Positions 12,780 through 24,300 are shown, numbered from the whole stretch's first letter. The stretch: DNA of 53,049 nt, filler included, from Dirinaria sp. TL-2023a (GCA_051941275.1; 2 parts of 2 records of this genome joined end to end with filler, not necessarily neighbours in it), one strand, 5' to 3'. Notes: a model not told the origin generated them from the sequence alone. Translations and numbers: made by a program.

Positions 12780-14584
12780 GTCGAGGAAAATTTCTGTTTC
12801 CCCTGTACATCAGAAGCTACCGTCCATCTCATTACCAGCGAGACTTTAAAGCTTTCCTTTGCCACAACTCTCGGGCTAGCCTCGGCATCGTTATCATCGC
12901 TGTTACCAGAGATCTAGAGCGTTGTTGAAGGTAGCAAAGCCGGGTGCTGTAGGAATGTGTCCACGAGGGCAATGCTCTGCACATTGATCGCCCAAATAAG
13001 TCCGACTCTGACCAGTTGACGATAAGGCAGATGCGCGAGTATCGGCGCAATCCCAATGCTACCAGCGACAATGGAGACCGTCTGCCCTGGAATTTGCTTG
13101 ACTGTGAAGCTACCTCCGAAGCCTTTCAGGGCCACCTCAAGCCCTGCACGAATATGCTGCTGAAATAGAAGTCCAGTGACTGAATCGACATTCCGAATAG
13201 TTAATTCGAGTTCATCTTGATGCGTTCCAAGACCCACAGCCGACGACACGGTGAAGGTACGCACGAAGTCATCATTATTGAGGCTTTGCGGATCGTCATC
13301 TCTCATGAGCTTATCATAGCCGGCGCTATGTTCATCTGTAAAGGCTAGCGCCACATATTGACCCGGGCTCTATTGTCCTGCAACATCTGGTTCACTGATA
13401 CTGAACCTCAACCTTGCAATGGTAGGTGTCAAAATGTCTTTCGCTCGAATCTTGGCGTAGGCTGCTTTGCCCTCCCTTGATTGCATACCAGACTGACATT
13501 GTTCACGAGTGAGAAAGCGGACAGGGGGATTTTATGGTGACTGCTCGCCGAGCTCACCGCGGAAAGCCAAGCCTTGGGATACGAAGCGAACTACGCTGAC
13601 ACATGCCTTTACAGCAAGATTGGATCTCGGCATCAAAGTAGCAGCTTCCTTGCCCACACTGATTTCGGTGATTTACGTCAAGTACAGAACATTCCCTGTA
13701 TCACAATCTGGGAAGACCAAGCCGGCCAATAAAGTTGTTTTGAGGTTGCCGAGAGTCTGATAGAAGCGGTTGCCCGAGTACTCGGGCCAGAGTAGGACAG
13801 TGGGACGGTCGTTGATAACCAGTAACCGTACGGAACCTGCCGATCCCCCTCTGTAATTGGTACCAATAATAAATTCATGGTCAGACGATGAAATGAAAAC
13901 ATATCAGCCTTGGCCAAGAGGTTCACGGCAGATTGGTGCAATGGAAGCGAACTTGATATCAGCTTAGGTTGAGGCATGAGACTAGACATTCGTCTCGGAT
14001 TCAAGTACTTGGGACAATTTCCTGTTGAGCGAGGATGAGCCGCGCATACGCGAAGATACAGAGGTGGAGATGCGGATGAGCCGTACCTAAGCTTTGCTCC
14101 ACTTTGATTGCCATGTGCACCTCTCCTACATGTTGCTGCTCGGCCGTCGTCGAGGGAAGCTGCCTGATCGCGCCCGCGGTCATCATCCCGCAGAGCTTCA
14201 ACCTTTCGCGCGTCATAAGATTGATTGCGAGACCGAAAACGAGATGTTCAATTGGTGGCTCGTCAAGGATCTTTCCATCATACTTTCCACTGAGCAGAAA
14301 CTGTATAATAGGGTCATACTTGCGGTCTACTACAGTCTTTATACTTACAATAGATTGACATAACGGCCTGGCAAAACCGGGCTGGCCGCGGAGTAGGGCA
14401 GTCCGGGTTCGTAAATTACCATCAAGACCTACAGCTATCAGAGAGGAGAGTTATGCAGCGTTCGCAAGCGGTAGGGTGTGAGGCCAGATGAAGTCGGATT
14501 AATTCGAGCAGGGACGCGGAGCAATTTTTGCATTTGCTGCTCGCCGTCGTGCCATCTAAGATTGGAGGTATACTCGAGAGCCAT
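12780..14584 (-). pseudogene. Decayed fungal FAD/NAD(P)-binding oxidoreductase (pyridoxamine-oxidase-like N-terminus plus ferredoxin-reductase-like C-terminus)
   Basis: Family blocks spread over several frames: 'WHDGEQQMQKLLRVP..NPTS', 'FPDCDTGNVLYLT*ITEI...PRSNLAVK...RFV..GLAFRGELGEQSP*NPPVRFL', 'GYDKLMRDDDPQSLNNDDFVRTFTVSS', 'VAGSIGIAPIL'. In-frame TAA stops and frameshifts; 3' end approximate. Confidence 0.8.
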
Positions 14585-15181
14585 GCTTAGGATCTTTGCG
14601 TCTATGTTGTGCGATAAAGAACGAATTACGAGCGTCGCCCTTGGCAATTGCGGAGAAAGTACATGTTTGGTTTAGTAATTCCATGGATGAGGACGCTGAG
14701 AATCAGCACAGTAAGTCATCACGTCGGCTTGCCGCGGAAATACGTGTCTATTTGATTGAGAAACCGACCAACACAACTCTCATGGGTCCTCGGCGGCGGA
14801 CGACCCCTGTTGCGTTTTGTGCAATCCTTGTACAGTGCGTGTTCATTGCCTGGGCTTGTAGGCAAAGAACGACAGCACCAGCAAGCTTGAGTGAATATTG
14901 TCGTGATTAAGCTACATATAGGAAGTAGATCGGATGGTAAGATTATCATAGCATCTAATGCCCGTAAGTACATAAACATGTAATAATAATGAAAGTTCTC
15001 ATTTTCTACCGTGCGGATGGCACTTACCCTCAAATCATCAACCATATCCTCCTGTAATAGACAGATCATGCGGATCTAGTACCGTCAACCCTTCTGATCA
15101 CGTTGAACCCTTTTATGACCCAATATCTTTACGGTATTGATAGTTGTACAGCTGCAGACTTACCTGTGTAGTACTAGTACA

Positions 15182-15640
15182 CAGTACCTCCGCATACCTA
15201 AGTCTACACGCAACCCCCTTTTTACACCAAAACCCGTCTCTTACGCGCTTACAAGACAGCTACTAAAACGTCTTGTAAAATTATATAAATTTCAAAAGTT
15301 TCAGATTTTCACAAGAACTCAAATTCCACTAACTCGATTTTTTGAGATCGATACGTTGTTTCAAACAGTATCGAGTTGAATGTGACTGTAGATAAATTTC
15401 TTGATTTTCCCATACAAATTCGATCACTTTCAACCACTCACACATTCTCTCGCAGGCTCATCACAACAGAACACAGTAATCAAAATTCTGAATCGACAGA
15501 AAATCGTAATTCACTAAGCTTCATAATATTTGTAAAAATAAAGAAATTTGGTTAACTGTACAAAATGTTGTACCGCCCAGGAAAAGGATGAGTTTTGGTG
15601 GGGAATAGGTGTATGCGTGTAGACTTTTGCGTTAGTACTG
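15182..15640. mobile_element. Non-autonomous TIR element (MITE-like), probably Tc1/mariner-derived
   Basis: Left end CAGTACCTCCGCATACCTAAGTCTACACGCAACCCCCTTTTTACACCAAAAC matches the reverse complement of the right end, CAGTACTAACGCAAAAGTCTACACGCATACACCTATTCCCCACCAAAAC. Termini CAGT...ACTG, TA on the right flank (CA on the left), AT-rich non-coding interior. Confidence 0.7.
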
Positions 15641-15745
15641 TAGATCGCTTCTAGTTTGGGAGTCGGCATTTCGCTTCGATATTTCCTTGACAATCAAGTC
15701 CAGAGTAGTATAGTCCTGATACGGACAGTCACTCGCTACTCCAAG

Positions 15746-16294
15746 ATGGCCACTGCTTTGCTCGTGGTCGACATGCAACGCTTTTTCGCTGAAATGACGA
15801 CATCGGCCGCGCCCAACATCGCCAGGCTCATCTCTCATTTCCAGTCCAACTCCCTCCCTCGCATCTTCACCCAGCATGGCCATAGCAAAGGAGAGCTGAC
15901 TCCTCCCTTCAAGAACCAATTAGTGCGGAAGTGGGGCCCAGCTGGATCCATCGCCACTGGCAGCAAAGACTGGGAGCTTCAGCCCGCCATTGCCTCGCAA
16001 ACCGCCGGATGCCCTGTGATCGCTAAGAACACCTACGATGCCTTTATAAATACCAATCTGGAGGATGTTTTGAAGGAGCAAAAGGTGGAGCGGGTGGTAG
16101 TCTGTGGCGTCATGACGGACTGCTGCTGTGACACTTCCGCTCGGTCGGCGTTTAATAGAGGGTTCGAAACCTGGCTCGTAGAAGATGCGTGCGGAACCGC
16201 GAGCGAAACACAACACAAAGCTGGTTTGAAAGGATTTGGCTTCGCATTTGGGGATGTGGTCAAGACTTCCGAGGTGATCAAACGGTTGTCCTGA
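15746..16294 (+). CDS. Isochorismatase-family cysteine hydrolase (intronless, 182 aa)
   Basis: 'TALLVVDMQRFF' (catalytic Asp), 'IAKNTYDAF' (Lys), 'VVCGVMTDCCCDTSARSAFNRGF' (Cys nucleophile), 'LVEDACGT'. ATG at 15746. Confidence 0.93.
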   Translation: MATALLVVDMQRFFAEMTTSAAPNIARLISHFQSNSLPRIFTQHGHSKGELTPPFKNQLVRKWGPAGSIATGSKDWELQPAIASQTAGCPVIAKNTYDAFINTNLEDVLKEQKVERVVVCGVMTDCCCDTSARSAFNRGFETWLVEDACGTASETQHKAGLKGFGFAFGDVVKTSEVIKRLS

Positions 16295-16446
16295 GTTGCA
16301 CGACTTGATGAGTCTGTGCGGAGCCACCCAAGCCAAGCGACATCTTTCCTTGTCCACGTACGAATGGACGTGTCTCCACGGTTAGTCGTCCAGCTTGCCT
16401 GCGGCTCTTCTCAGCCCCACCGCGTGCGAAAATTCCAATCTTTTAG

Positions 16447-17007
16447 TCAACCTTCCCTAACGCGCAACACGACATACAGCTCGACTTCTTCGGCCGCAAA
16501 GCTTATTAAGGCCGTGTAAGTTCCTACGAGGCCGCGGTTGGTCAGGTGAGCCATGAAATACGCAAAGTCGTGTATTACACTCCAGCTTATTTGACGGTTC
16601 TCACAGAAGAACTCGAGGTCGTAAAATCCGTAGCTGGTTCCGAAATGACCGGTAGGAGGGACGAATCGCCTCCAACCCCCAGTTGGACCTGCATTTTCGG
16701 CGATAGTGACATAGAAGTCCAACAGTGAGCTTGCTGCGGCTGCAACTGGTAAAATGCTGTTGAAAACCGAATAGTACACGGTGTACCCTCTGAAAGCTAG
16801 ATAATTGTGATAAAAAAGTACACGCTTTTCGACAGTGGCTGCAGGTGCCAAAGCCGAGACATCGGGCCTTCTCCGCAATGAGACCAGTTCGCGTGTGTCT
16901 GGGTCTTTTACATTTGGAAGTGGACTTGTAACGGCGAGCACTATCATGGCAGCAAATAAGGCCAGAAGTGCTCCTACGTATGACTGCCTATCCCGGACGA
17001 GATGCAT
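16447..17007 (-). CDS. Putative secreted protein of unknown function (186 aa)
   Basis: Hydrophobic signal 'YVGALLALFAAMIVLAVTSP', dibasic RR/KR processing sites, then a globular region 'ISWSVIHDFAYFMAHLTNRGLVGTY'. Intact single ORF. Confidence 0.7.
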   Translation of the reverse strand: MHLVRDRQSYVGALLALFAAMIVLAVTSPLPNVKDPDTRELVSLRRRPDVSALAPAATVEKRVLFYHNYLAFRGYTVYYSVFNSILPVAAAASSLLDFYVTIAENAGPTGGWRRFVPPTGHFGTSYGFYDLEFFCENRQISWSVIHDFAYFMAHLTNRGLVGTYTALISFAAEEVELYVVLRVREG

Positions 17008-17533
17008 GTTGCTCTGAACTTTAGGAGAATCTACACCTTAACTTCAAAGCCCAAATCTAATCCACGGCCTAAGTTCGACGGGCGAGGAAGGTGTGCCACA
17101 GCGCATCGGAGCAGCGCTTAGCGTGAAATTTACGCTTTCAAAAACCTTGTGGTTGGAAAAATCGGCCAAGATATCTTACAGGCACGTGTGAGACCGCTAC
17201 GACGGCTATTCAAGTCTTGTTTTCTTCTGCTATGCGCCTGCTGATTGCATCATCTTGGCACAATCTCGTATATGTATATATAAGTTCGCATCATTCCAGG
17301 GTGAGAGATTGAATTATAGTATCTTGAATGAACGGCATAATGACCTGAAGCAACAAAAACAAAACGAGTATCTTCAATAATTACCAAATTCTTTGCTATT
17401 ATACGTGTCGTACACTGCGCTCTCACTTACAGTATAACAGCGATCTAAGAGTATGGCGATTTTGTGTGGGTATTATTTAATGTGGAGGATCTGCAAGGCT
17501 TGACTTCCAGTGAGATCCTCTATCCGGTAGCGT

Positions 17534-17546
17534 GTCACGTGACTCA
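17534..17546. promoter_or_regulatory. Palindromic E-box GTCACGTGAC overlapping an AP-1/Gcn4-type TGACTCA site in a divergent promoter
   Basis: Sequence GTCACGTGACTCA lies between the divergently oriented 16447-17007 gene and the GH76 gene. Function is inferred only. Confidence 0.35.
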
Positions 17547-18024
17547 GCGAGTCTTTGAAGTTCTGCGGCTCATGCGACACGCGCAATCGTTCCCACAATG
17601 CACAACAGTCTCCCCCATGTTCATGTCATGACCGGATTCCAATAGTGTCAGAGTGATTACCTAACAGTGGGCGCTCCTCGACATTGGCAACCCCGCCGTC
17701 GGTACTATATGCGCTCAAGTGAATAGTATGCGCTCTTGTTAAAGCTGTCGCAAATACCACGCTCAATTGGGTCGAAACGCTTCCTTTCCCTGCATGATGG
17801 CGCAAGGGATCTCTGGCCGATCCGAGCCATACCCTAGCCTGCCGCCTTGTGAGAAGCCAGGCAGTGTCCAAGCTCAAGATGAAGATCGTTTATATTGGGC
17901 CCCCTTCCAGCGTCATTTATACTCCGCTGTTCTCAGCATTCGCTCGAGAAATCAGAGAGATAGTCCAAACACTGCATCAAATATCAGCTGGCGTTCGTCC
18001 ATTCGCCATATTGCCAGTGCCCTT

Positions 18025-19206
18025 ATGCTACTCTCCTTAATCTTCCTTTCGCTGCATGCGTACTCAGTCCCAGCACAGAATGTCACTACCGGAAATGCTA
18101 ACTACTTAGCCAACACGAATGATGGCATTGCAAGACTGCAAAAATGGTACAACAAAGAAACTGGCCAGTGGGATACCACAGGTTGGTGGAACAGCGCCAA
18201 CGTGATGACTATGTTGGCCGATTTTGCCGCTATTAATGAAGCCTACACATCCGCTGCAGTCAGCGTCTTTGAGAATACATACGGTCAGGCTCCGGAGCAC
18301 AAGAACGCAATTGTTAAAGTCAACAACGCGACGACAGTAGAAACATTTACGTGGCCGAATATACCGCATGGACTGGGCAGCCCGGCTCCAGTGACCAATG
18401 GCGATTTTCTGAATGATTTCTACGACGATGAGGGCTGGTGGGCGCTCGCTTGGATTAGGGTATATGATGTCACGGAGGACTTTAAGTATTTGAACACCGC
18501 CATGGCGATCTTTGCCGATATGATCAAGGGCCACAATGCAACCTGCGGCGGCATCTGGTGGAACAAGCAGCATCAAGCCAACGTAGCCATCGCTAACGAG
18601 CTTTTCCTCGCCGTCGCTGCCTCTTTGGCAAACCGATCTGGCAACAGACCCTATTATTTGAATTGGGCGCTGCAGCAATGGAGATGGTTCGCCAAGAGCG
18701 GGCTCATCAACCGAGATCTGAACATCAACGACGGTCTTGATCTGAATACTTGCCAGAACAATAACGGTGTCGTCTGGACTTACAACCAAGGTGTCATTCT
18801 TGGCGCTCTGGTCGAGCTCAGCAAAGCCCAGGCAGATAGCTCCTACCTAAAAATAGCGGCGGGTATAGCGCGCGCGGCGCTGAAAAAGTTATCTGGAGCA
18901 GATGGCATCCTGCACGAGCCTTGTGAACCTAATTGCGGAGGCGACGGGAATCAGTTCAAGGGCATCTTCATGCGTAACCTCCAGCTGCTCCAAGAAGCCA
19001 GCCCTTCTCCCGATTTCAATGCTTTCATATTTAAGAACGCGGACAGTATATGGGCGAATGACCGGAGCCAGGACAATCAGCTTGGCTTAGTCTGGTCAGG
19101 GCCTTTCAAGGGCGCGACTGCTTCGACGCAAAGCTCGGCCCTTGATGCTCTGGTCGCTGCGGTTGCGTCACAGACCAATAATCACAATACCACTGTCAAA
19201 TATTGA
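18025..19206 (+). CDS. Secreted glycoside hydrolase family 76 (alpha-1,6-mannanase-like), intronless
   Basis: Signal MLLSLIFLSLHAYSVPA; 'GWWNSAN', 'NDFYDDEGWWALAW' (catalytic DD), 'CGGIWW', 'NVAIANELF', 'WTYNQGVILGAL', 'QFKGIFMRNL'. Confidence 0.95.
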   Translation: MLLSLIFLSLHAYSVPAQNVTTGNANYLANTNDGIARLQKWYNKETGQWDTTGWWNSANVMTMLADFAAINEAYTSAAVSVFENTYGQAPEHKNAIVKVNNATTVETFTWPNIPHGLGSPAPVTNGDFLNDFYDDEGWWALAWIRVYDVTEDFKYLNTAMAIFADMIKGHNATCGGIWWNKQHQANVAIANELFLAVAASLANRSGNRPYYLNWALQQWRWFAKSGLINRDLNINDGLDLNTCQNNNGVVWTYNQGVILGALVELSKAQADSSYLKIAAGIARAALKKLSGADGILHEPCEPNCGGDGNQFKGIFMRNLQLLQEASPSPDFNAFIFKNADSIWANDRSQDNQLGLVWSGPFKGATASTQSSALDALVAAVASQTNNHNTTVKY

Positions 19207-21439
19207 TCCTAGAATAAGGATTGGAGATGATGTTCATTAACGTTCATTGTAATAGTGTCTCTTGTCTTCTATGACGCACTAAACATGTTTGTATGATCTC
19301 TCAAACGGGCCCAGTAGAGTCCATTGGCTTCTCCAACGTTATGTTACTCATACCTTAGTTGCTATGATCAAAGATATTGCCGCTACTCAAGGAAAAAGCA
19401 AAAAGAAACGTAGAGACCCGGACTACTGCTATCTTTCTGCAACAGACCTACGGTGGCGGATTCGACCACAGTGCGTGGAAATCGTAATAATATCAATCGG
19501 TGGCAGGACACGAAGAACCTTTTCACAAGATAAGGAAAGCCGAATTTCATATAATTTCAGGTCGACGCTGTGCTGTCGCACCATGAGAACGGATCTCTAG
19601 TAAGCACCGGTACTCATCGACTTCGGCTTGAATTCGCGCCCGTGCAATCCAGACCCGTGACATACCTCGTCGCTTGGAGCTGTGCATCCATCTCATGCCT
19701 TGGCGCTATGCCTCCCAACTCTTGAACAGTTGATCGAGTCCGGGATACCGTCTCGGTCATCTTAATGCGCCACGATATCTAATTCATGCCTGGCCTGGTC
19801 TGCTGCCAGCTGTTGTCTTTCCCGCTCCCCGTCGATCTCGTGTCGACTCTGTTTGTGTCCAATCCTAGCTTCGTGTAATTGGCGATCGGTGCAATTTCAT
19901 TTTGAGCTTCGACTTCAGCTCCACGACACTTACGACGTACCCAAGATCTCAAAGTTGCGGTCGAAGAGTCGAGTCCGACAGGAGTGATCACGATGCCTGA
20001 GAATGATCTTGCTGTGCTGAAAAACTCGGTGCGGTACGGCGGCAGTTGGAGATGATGCTGTTTGTGCAGCCACGGTCCTAGGGCTTGTGAGCGAAGCAGT
20101 TGGAGTGGATGTCCTTGGATTGAGAGCTAACGTCCTCCCTTGGCCAAGCTACGCAATCTGGAGATGGAGATGTGGCGGAAGAAAGCATCATTGCTATCAT
20201 CGTCGTGTATACCTGATCGAAATGCAATATTTTCAAGCGCTATGGTCCCTGTCATTGAAAGGCGAAGCCATCTCATCTTCTGTGGAAAACGCATAATCTC
20301 GTCACGACGAAAAAGATATCAAGGTTGTCTCGACTACTGGTAAGCTGCTCGCTCAAAAGTCAATGTATTTTAAGAGGTAATCAAGGGACTACTCGCCGAT
20401 ATAGATTGTGTAATACTTCTCAAGGTCGCTACGTCTAGATACGTCTAGCAGCGTATTCTTCAAAAGGCTAGCTGCCGATGACTTGTGGTCACCGATACTC
20501 AAGATCCTTTGGCGAGAAAGCTGATGTTAATTTCCCGTTTTTATTAAGTCATCAAGACGCTGCTCCCCCAAATCATTCAGATTTTGATAAAGAGAAAGGA
20601 AGGAATTGAATTGTAACCTGATGCAACAGACTTTTCATTCCAAGATCCGTGGAGTTGGGCTTTTTGATTCTATAATACACCTTTACTCACCGCATCGTTA
20701 TTGATTTCAATGTCATAAGTATTACTCGATTCTTGTCAGAGTAGCAAACACATTCTTATTACTCTGAAGCAGTTGCAGCTCGAGAAGCTCTCCATGACTG
20801 AAAGTCTGCATCTGCTTACGCTGTGTTTTCAATGGATTTAATGTGCTCTTTCTTTAGAATCGAAATCATTCTCAACCTCTATGGGCAACTTTGCTTGCAT
20901 GGTCTTAAAATCTGAAGCTTACTTACTTCTCAACTGCAGCAGTACGATGCTGTGCCGGGCTCATATTCGCAATCGTCTGTCCTTGAGATGACCTAGGATT
21001 CAAATTCTCTATCTGGTCTGTAGTCGCTCACTTGGATGAGTTGAATTGCTGATCTGGTGATGTGATAGTCACTATTTTGCTTCAGAAACTCTCATCCCAA
21101 TTCATTTGAAGCGGTCGACTTCAGATAGTGAAGCTCTATCCTCTAATTCTTGGCGGCAGAACTGTCTACTTAAGATCATTTCCCCTCAAACACTCTGGTA
21201 AACACAGAGCAATCTTTCTGCGTAGTCAATATCTACAGAGCTTGTCTAGGACGCGGTGTACAATCTGCTCAAATTACAGACTTCTCTCACCCACACTTGT
21301 CTTTCTCGATATCACATAACATATCTCATGCTGAAACCTTCTAAATTTTTGGAAAACCCTCCTGGGAGTATCAGCTCTTTTCAACTTGTCACACACAACA
21401 ACAGTCCACGTGAGAGAAGAAGGCTCGAACTGCTCAAGA

Positions 21440-22286
21440 ATGGCTCCGAACGCTGCAATTTTGGCTTGGTACGCCGAGCAAGCACAAGCGGCAGCTCAAG
21501 GATTGCGTGGTCGCGAGAACCAGGTCATCAAGGCACCACGCGTAGCGAGATCAGCTGAACAGCGATTCATCACTCAGCATTACAGGCTCTACAATTATGC
21601 GGACCCAAATCCTGGACCCTTCAATCCAGCTAAGTATACGTTTCATAGCATGTACGATCGATACACATTGGCTAGCGATAGAAATATCCAGCAAGGTGCG
21701 TACGTGTATGAGCATTGTATCTCTCTTTCAGAGAGCACAAATACTTGACAAAATGACCTCCAGACTTCATCCTTTCTGAGCGTGCTGTGCTATCACATGA
21801 GATTCGAGTGCGGACTTGGTTGAGATGCTGACTCGGTAATCTAGGTGCACGACTACCAGCACGTCAAGGCGTTAGGCTGGATGACTACAGCTGCTATCTA
21901 GCCGCGCGTGACACTGATTTTGCAGCTCTGCATCTACAATTCGGCTCCGAATTTGATCATAACAAGGATATCCGAGCTACAAGAATACCCTTGGGGTAAG
22001 TCAACGCTGGAAAATGTGATACTTTTTGAGGCTGACTTGATCATTGCTCGAAAGACTTGCAGCGAAGAGATACTGTGACGTCGGCGATACGGACATGGAC
22101 GGCCAGACAATCCAACCAGGTGAAGAAGGATGGTATTATCTTTGGTGGAGAGGCATCCATCTTCTCTGCGGCGAGGAAGGTTGGCAGGCGAACATGTACC
22201 GCGTACGCGCTACATACTTCAATGGACGTAGCGATGCATTCTTCTGGAAGAAGTCATGTAAGGCTGTTCGTCAAGCTCAGTTTTGA
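21440..22286 (+). CDS. Orphan protein of unknown function (about 212 aa, 3 exons)
   Basis: Exons 21440-21695, 21845-21995, 22055-22286 splice in frame (639 nt). Donors GTGCGT and GTAAGT, branch site GCTGAC before both acceptors, no internal stops. Confidence 0.75.
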
Positions 22287-22436
22287 CGGCCTGATAACCC
22301 ATGGACATTCAGAAATCATTTCTGGCGAGTAAATTTGGCTTGTCGGACACGGGAACGATATTAACAGTCCAGATTATAAAGGCTCGATCAGATAGATTTG
22401 GTTGAACTTAATCATAGAGCGAGACAATTGATAGTC

Positions 22437-23601
22437 TTAAAAAAGTAGATAATAACACTCGCTTTTCCATTCGGCTCTGACGAGCTCGTGATCCGTATGA
22501 TTGTAAACCCTCTTAACGCAGGACAATGGGTTTCGAACAGGGAAATCGAAATCCAAGAGAATGATAGTCATGAAGCTGCGCATTTCAAGATTTCTGTCTT
22601 GCAGTAAAACGGAAGTCTTCTTGTTCCAGGCTCCCACATCAAGGTCAATTTCCATCATTAACACCCCAGAACGTGTCTGTTGAAATGTTAGAGGTGCTTC
22701 TGATTCTGATATATACACACATTCTCGTTCTCACCAACTGCAAGACCTCCCTAGCGCTATCACTACAGCGTACATCAGTGGCAACAACGAATGACAAGAA
22801 GCGACTCGGATAGGAATTTGATCTACACCTCCCTTGCGTAGACAAGGACACGCGCGGACGAGAAAGAGTCGAAAGCAATGGGACCAAAACCAGAGAGTGG
22901 GCGATGGCTACCTAAACAATATGGAGACCTCCCAACACCGTGCCGCCTCCATGGGCAAGTACGCGTGCGACGATGAGCGAAAGCTATTTATTCCCTCAAA
23001 TGGATCACTCCTGCGCAATCGCATCCGTCCATTTCATCTCCACTTTACTTACAGGATAGCTTTGAGCTGGCTGTCCTAGGAACACAGTGGCCTTGCTAAG
23101 CCCCATCGATCTCTCATAAAGACTTGTCAATCTCTCGATTTCCAACACCATCCACGCAGCTTGCAGCCTTGTAATTCCGCCCGGTGACATCCCTGTCGCA
23201 GTCAATTTCAATGACACTTTCCACATTGGTCGATAATTTGTATCTGGGGCGTAGAAGTCCTGGAGAAGACCGTCCGCCTGACCGCCTAAAAGAATGTTGC
23301 CCGCAAGAGCTTAAAGCTGGAATGTTGCTGGCATGGACACTGGGTAACCGGGTCCGTACTCCTCGATTTTGAGATAGAAACTCGGTTGCCCGGGCTCATC
23401 TGAAGGTATCCGTATTGTTAGAGGAAGCGCTTGAGGCCATTCGCCATTGAGAGCTGTTGCATTTACACTTGGTAGGGCGAGAGTGCTTGCGTTGATGTCT
23501 GGGAGCTGAAAATTTTCAAGGCCCTGGGCCACAGAGAGGCTTATGGGAAGAGTTGAGAGTAGGGAAAGGACAGGTACTAAGATGTGATTTGGCACAAACA
23601 T
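22437..23601 (-). pseudogene. Decayed multidomain secreted-protein gene
   Basis: Signal peptide MFVPNHILVPVLSLLSTLPISLSVA. ORFs 23311-23601 and 23005-23226 share one frame separated by a single TAA (FQL*ALAGNILL...YRPMWK); more stops and a frameshift downstream. Confidence 0.6.
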
Positions 23602-23909
23602 TTTTCAAACAGGAGGTAGTAATGGTCTATCTGCGTGGTTTGGAAGGTGATTGCAGACTTTCCAAAGACTCTGAACGAAAGAGTTGCTTTCCTCGAAAAG
23701 GCGCAAAAGCGTTAATATATATTCCAGTTGAAAATCATGCGTTTCCATCGCAAAAGATACACAAGGTTTAATAATCTCTACTATTTTCAGTGATCAACAC
23801 GGGACGGCAATGTTTCCAATAAGCGAGCGCGAAAGGAAGTGGTTAGAATTTATAACCGACTTCATAAGCGTATCTTCAAACCGTACAGATCTATGGTAAC
23901 GATGACAAA

Positions 23910-24300
23910 TCAGATGGAATTTATGGTCGCACTTGCAGAGCAGAACAAAGCTGATTGCGTTAAATGGGTCATTGAGATTCTCCCAGCTTGAAAGTCTAAC
24001 TTCTGATTGCCAAATATCACAGTGAATGAACGGCTCCGACTCTCTGCTGCGATCTTTGCAATAGCTTTTTTGTTTGACTTGAACAGCACCTCATCAAGCA
24101 CCTTCCGTGATGCACTTAGCGCTCCGAGCTTTTCTTCAAGCCGCTGCAAGATCTCAGCTTTGCTTGATTGCTTCTCGTACTCCAAGTCGCTTCCTGGTCG
24201 TTGCTGCTGAGATCGAGCTCTTCGAAATTGTTCTCCAACACTGACAGCTGCTTATCCGCTGTGGTGATAGCATTCTCCACCTCGATCTCGTTCGTAAATA
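23910..24300 (-). pseudogene. Frameshifted C-terminal remnant of a helical protein ending in an amyloid-motif-like tail
   Basis: 'TNEIEVENAITTADKQLSVLENNFEEL', frameshift, then 'LQRLEEKLGALSASRKVLDEVL..AIAKIAAE..TVIFGNQKLDFQAGRI'. No start codon or N-terminal part recognisable. Confidence 0.45.

Noticed and set aside
15656..15745. N-terminal extension of the isochorismatase ORF from a TTG start (likewise 17767-18024 for GH76)
   Set aside because: Eukaryotic genes; the downstream ATGs match the expected domain start and signal peptide.
19289..20520. Possible decayed gene on the minus strand (fragment LVKRFFVSCHR)
   Set aside because: Many stops in all frames; similarity too weak to name.
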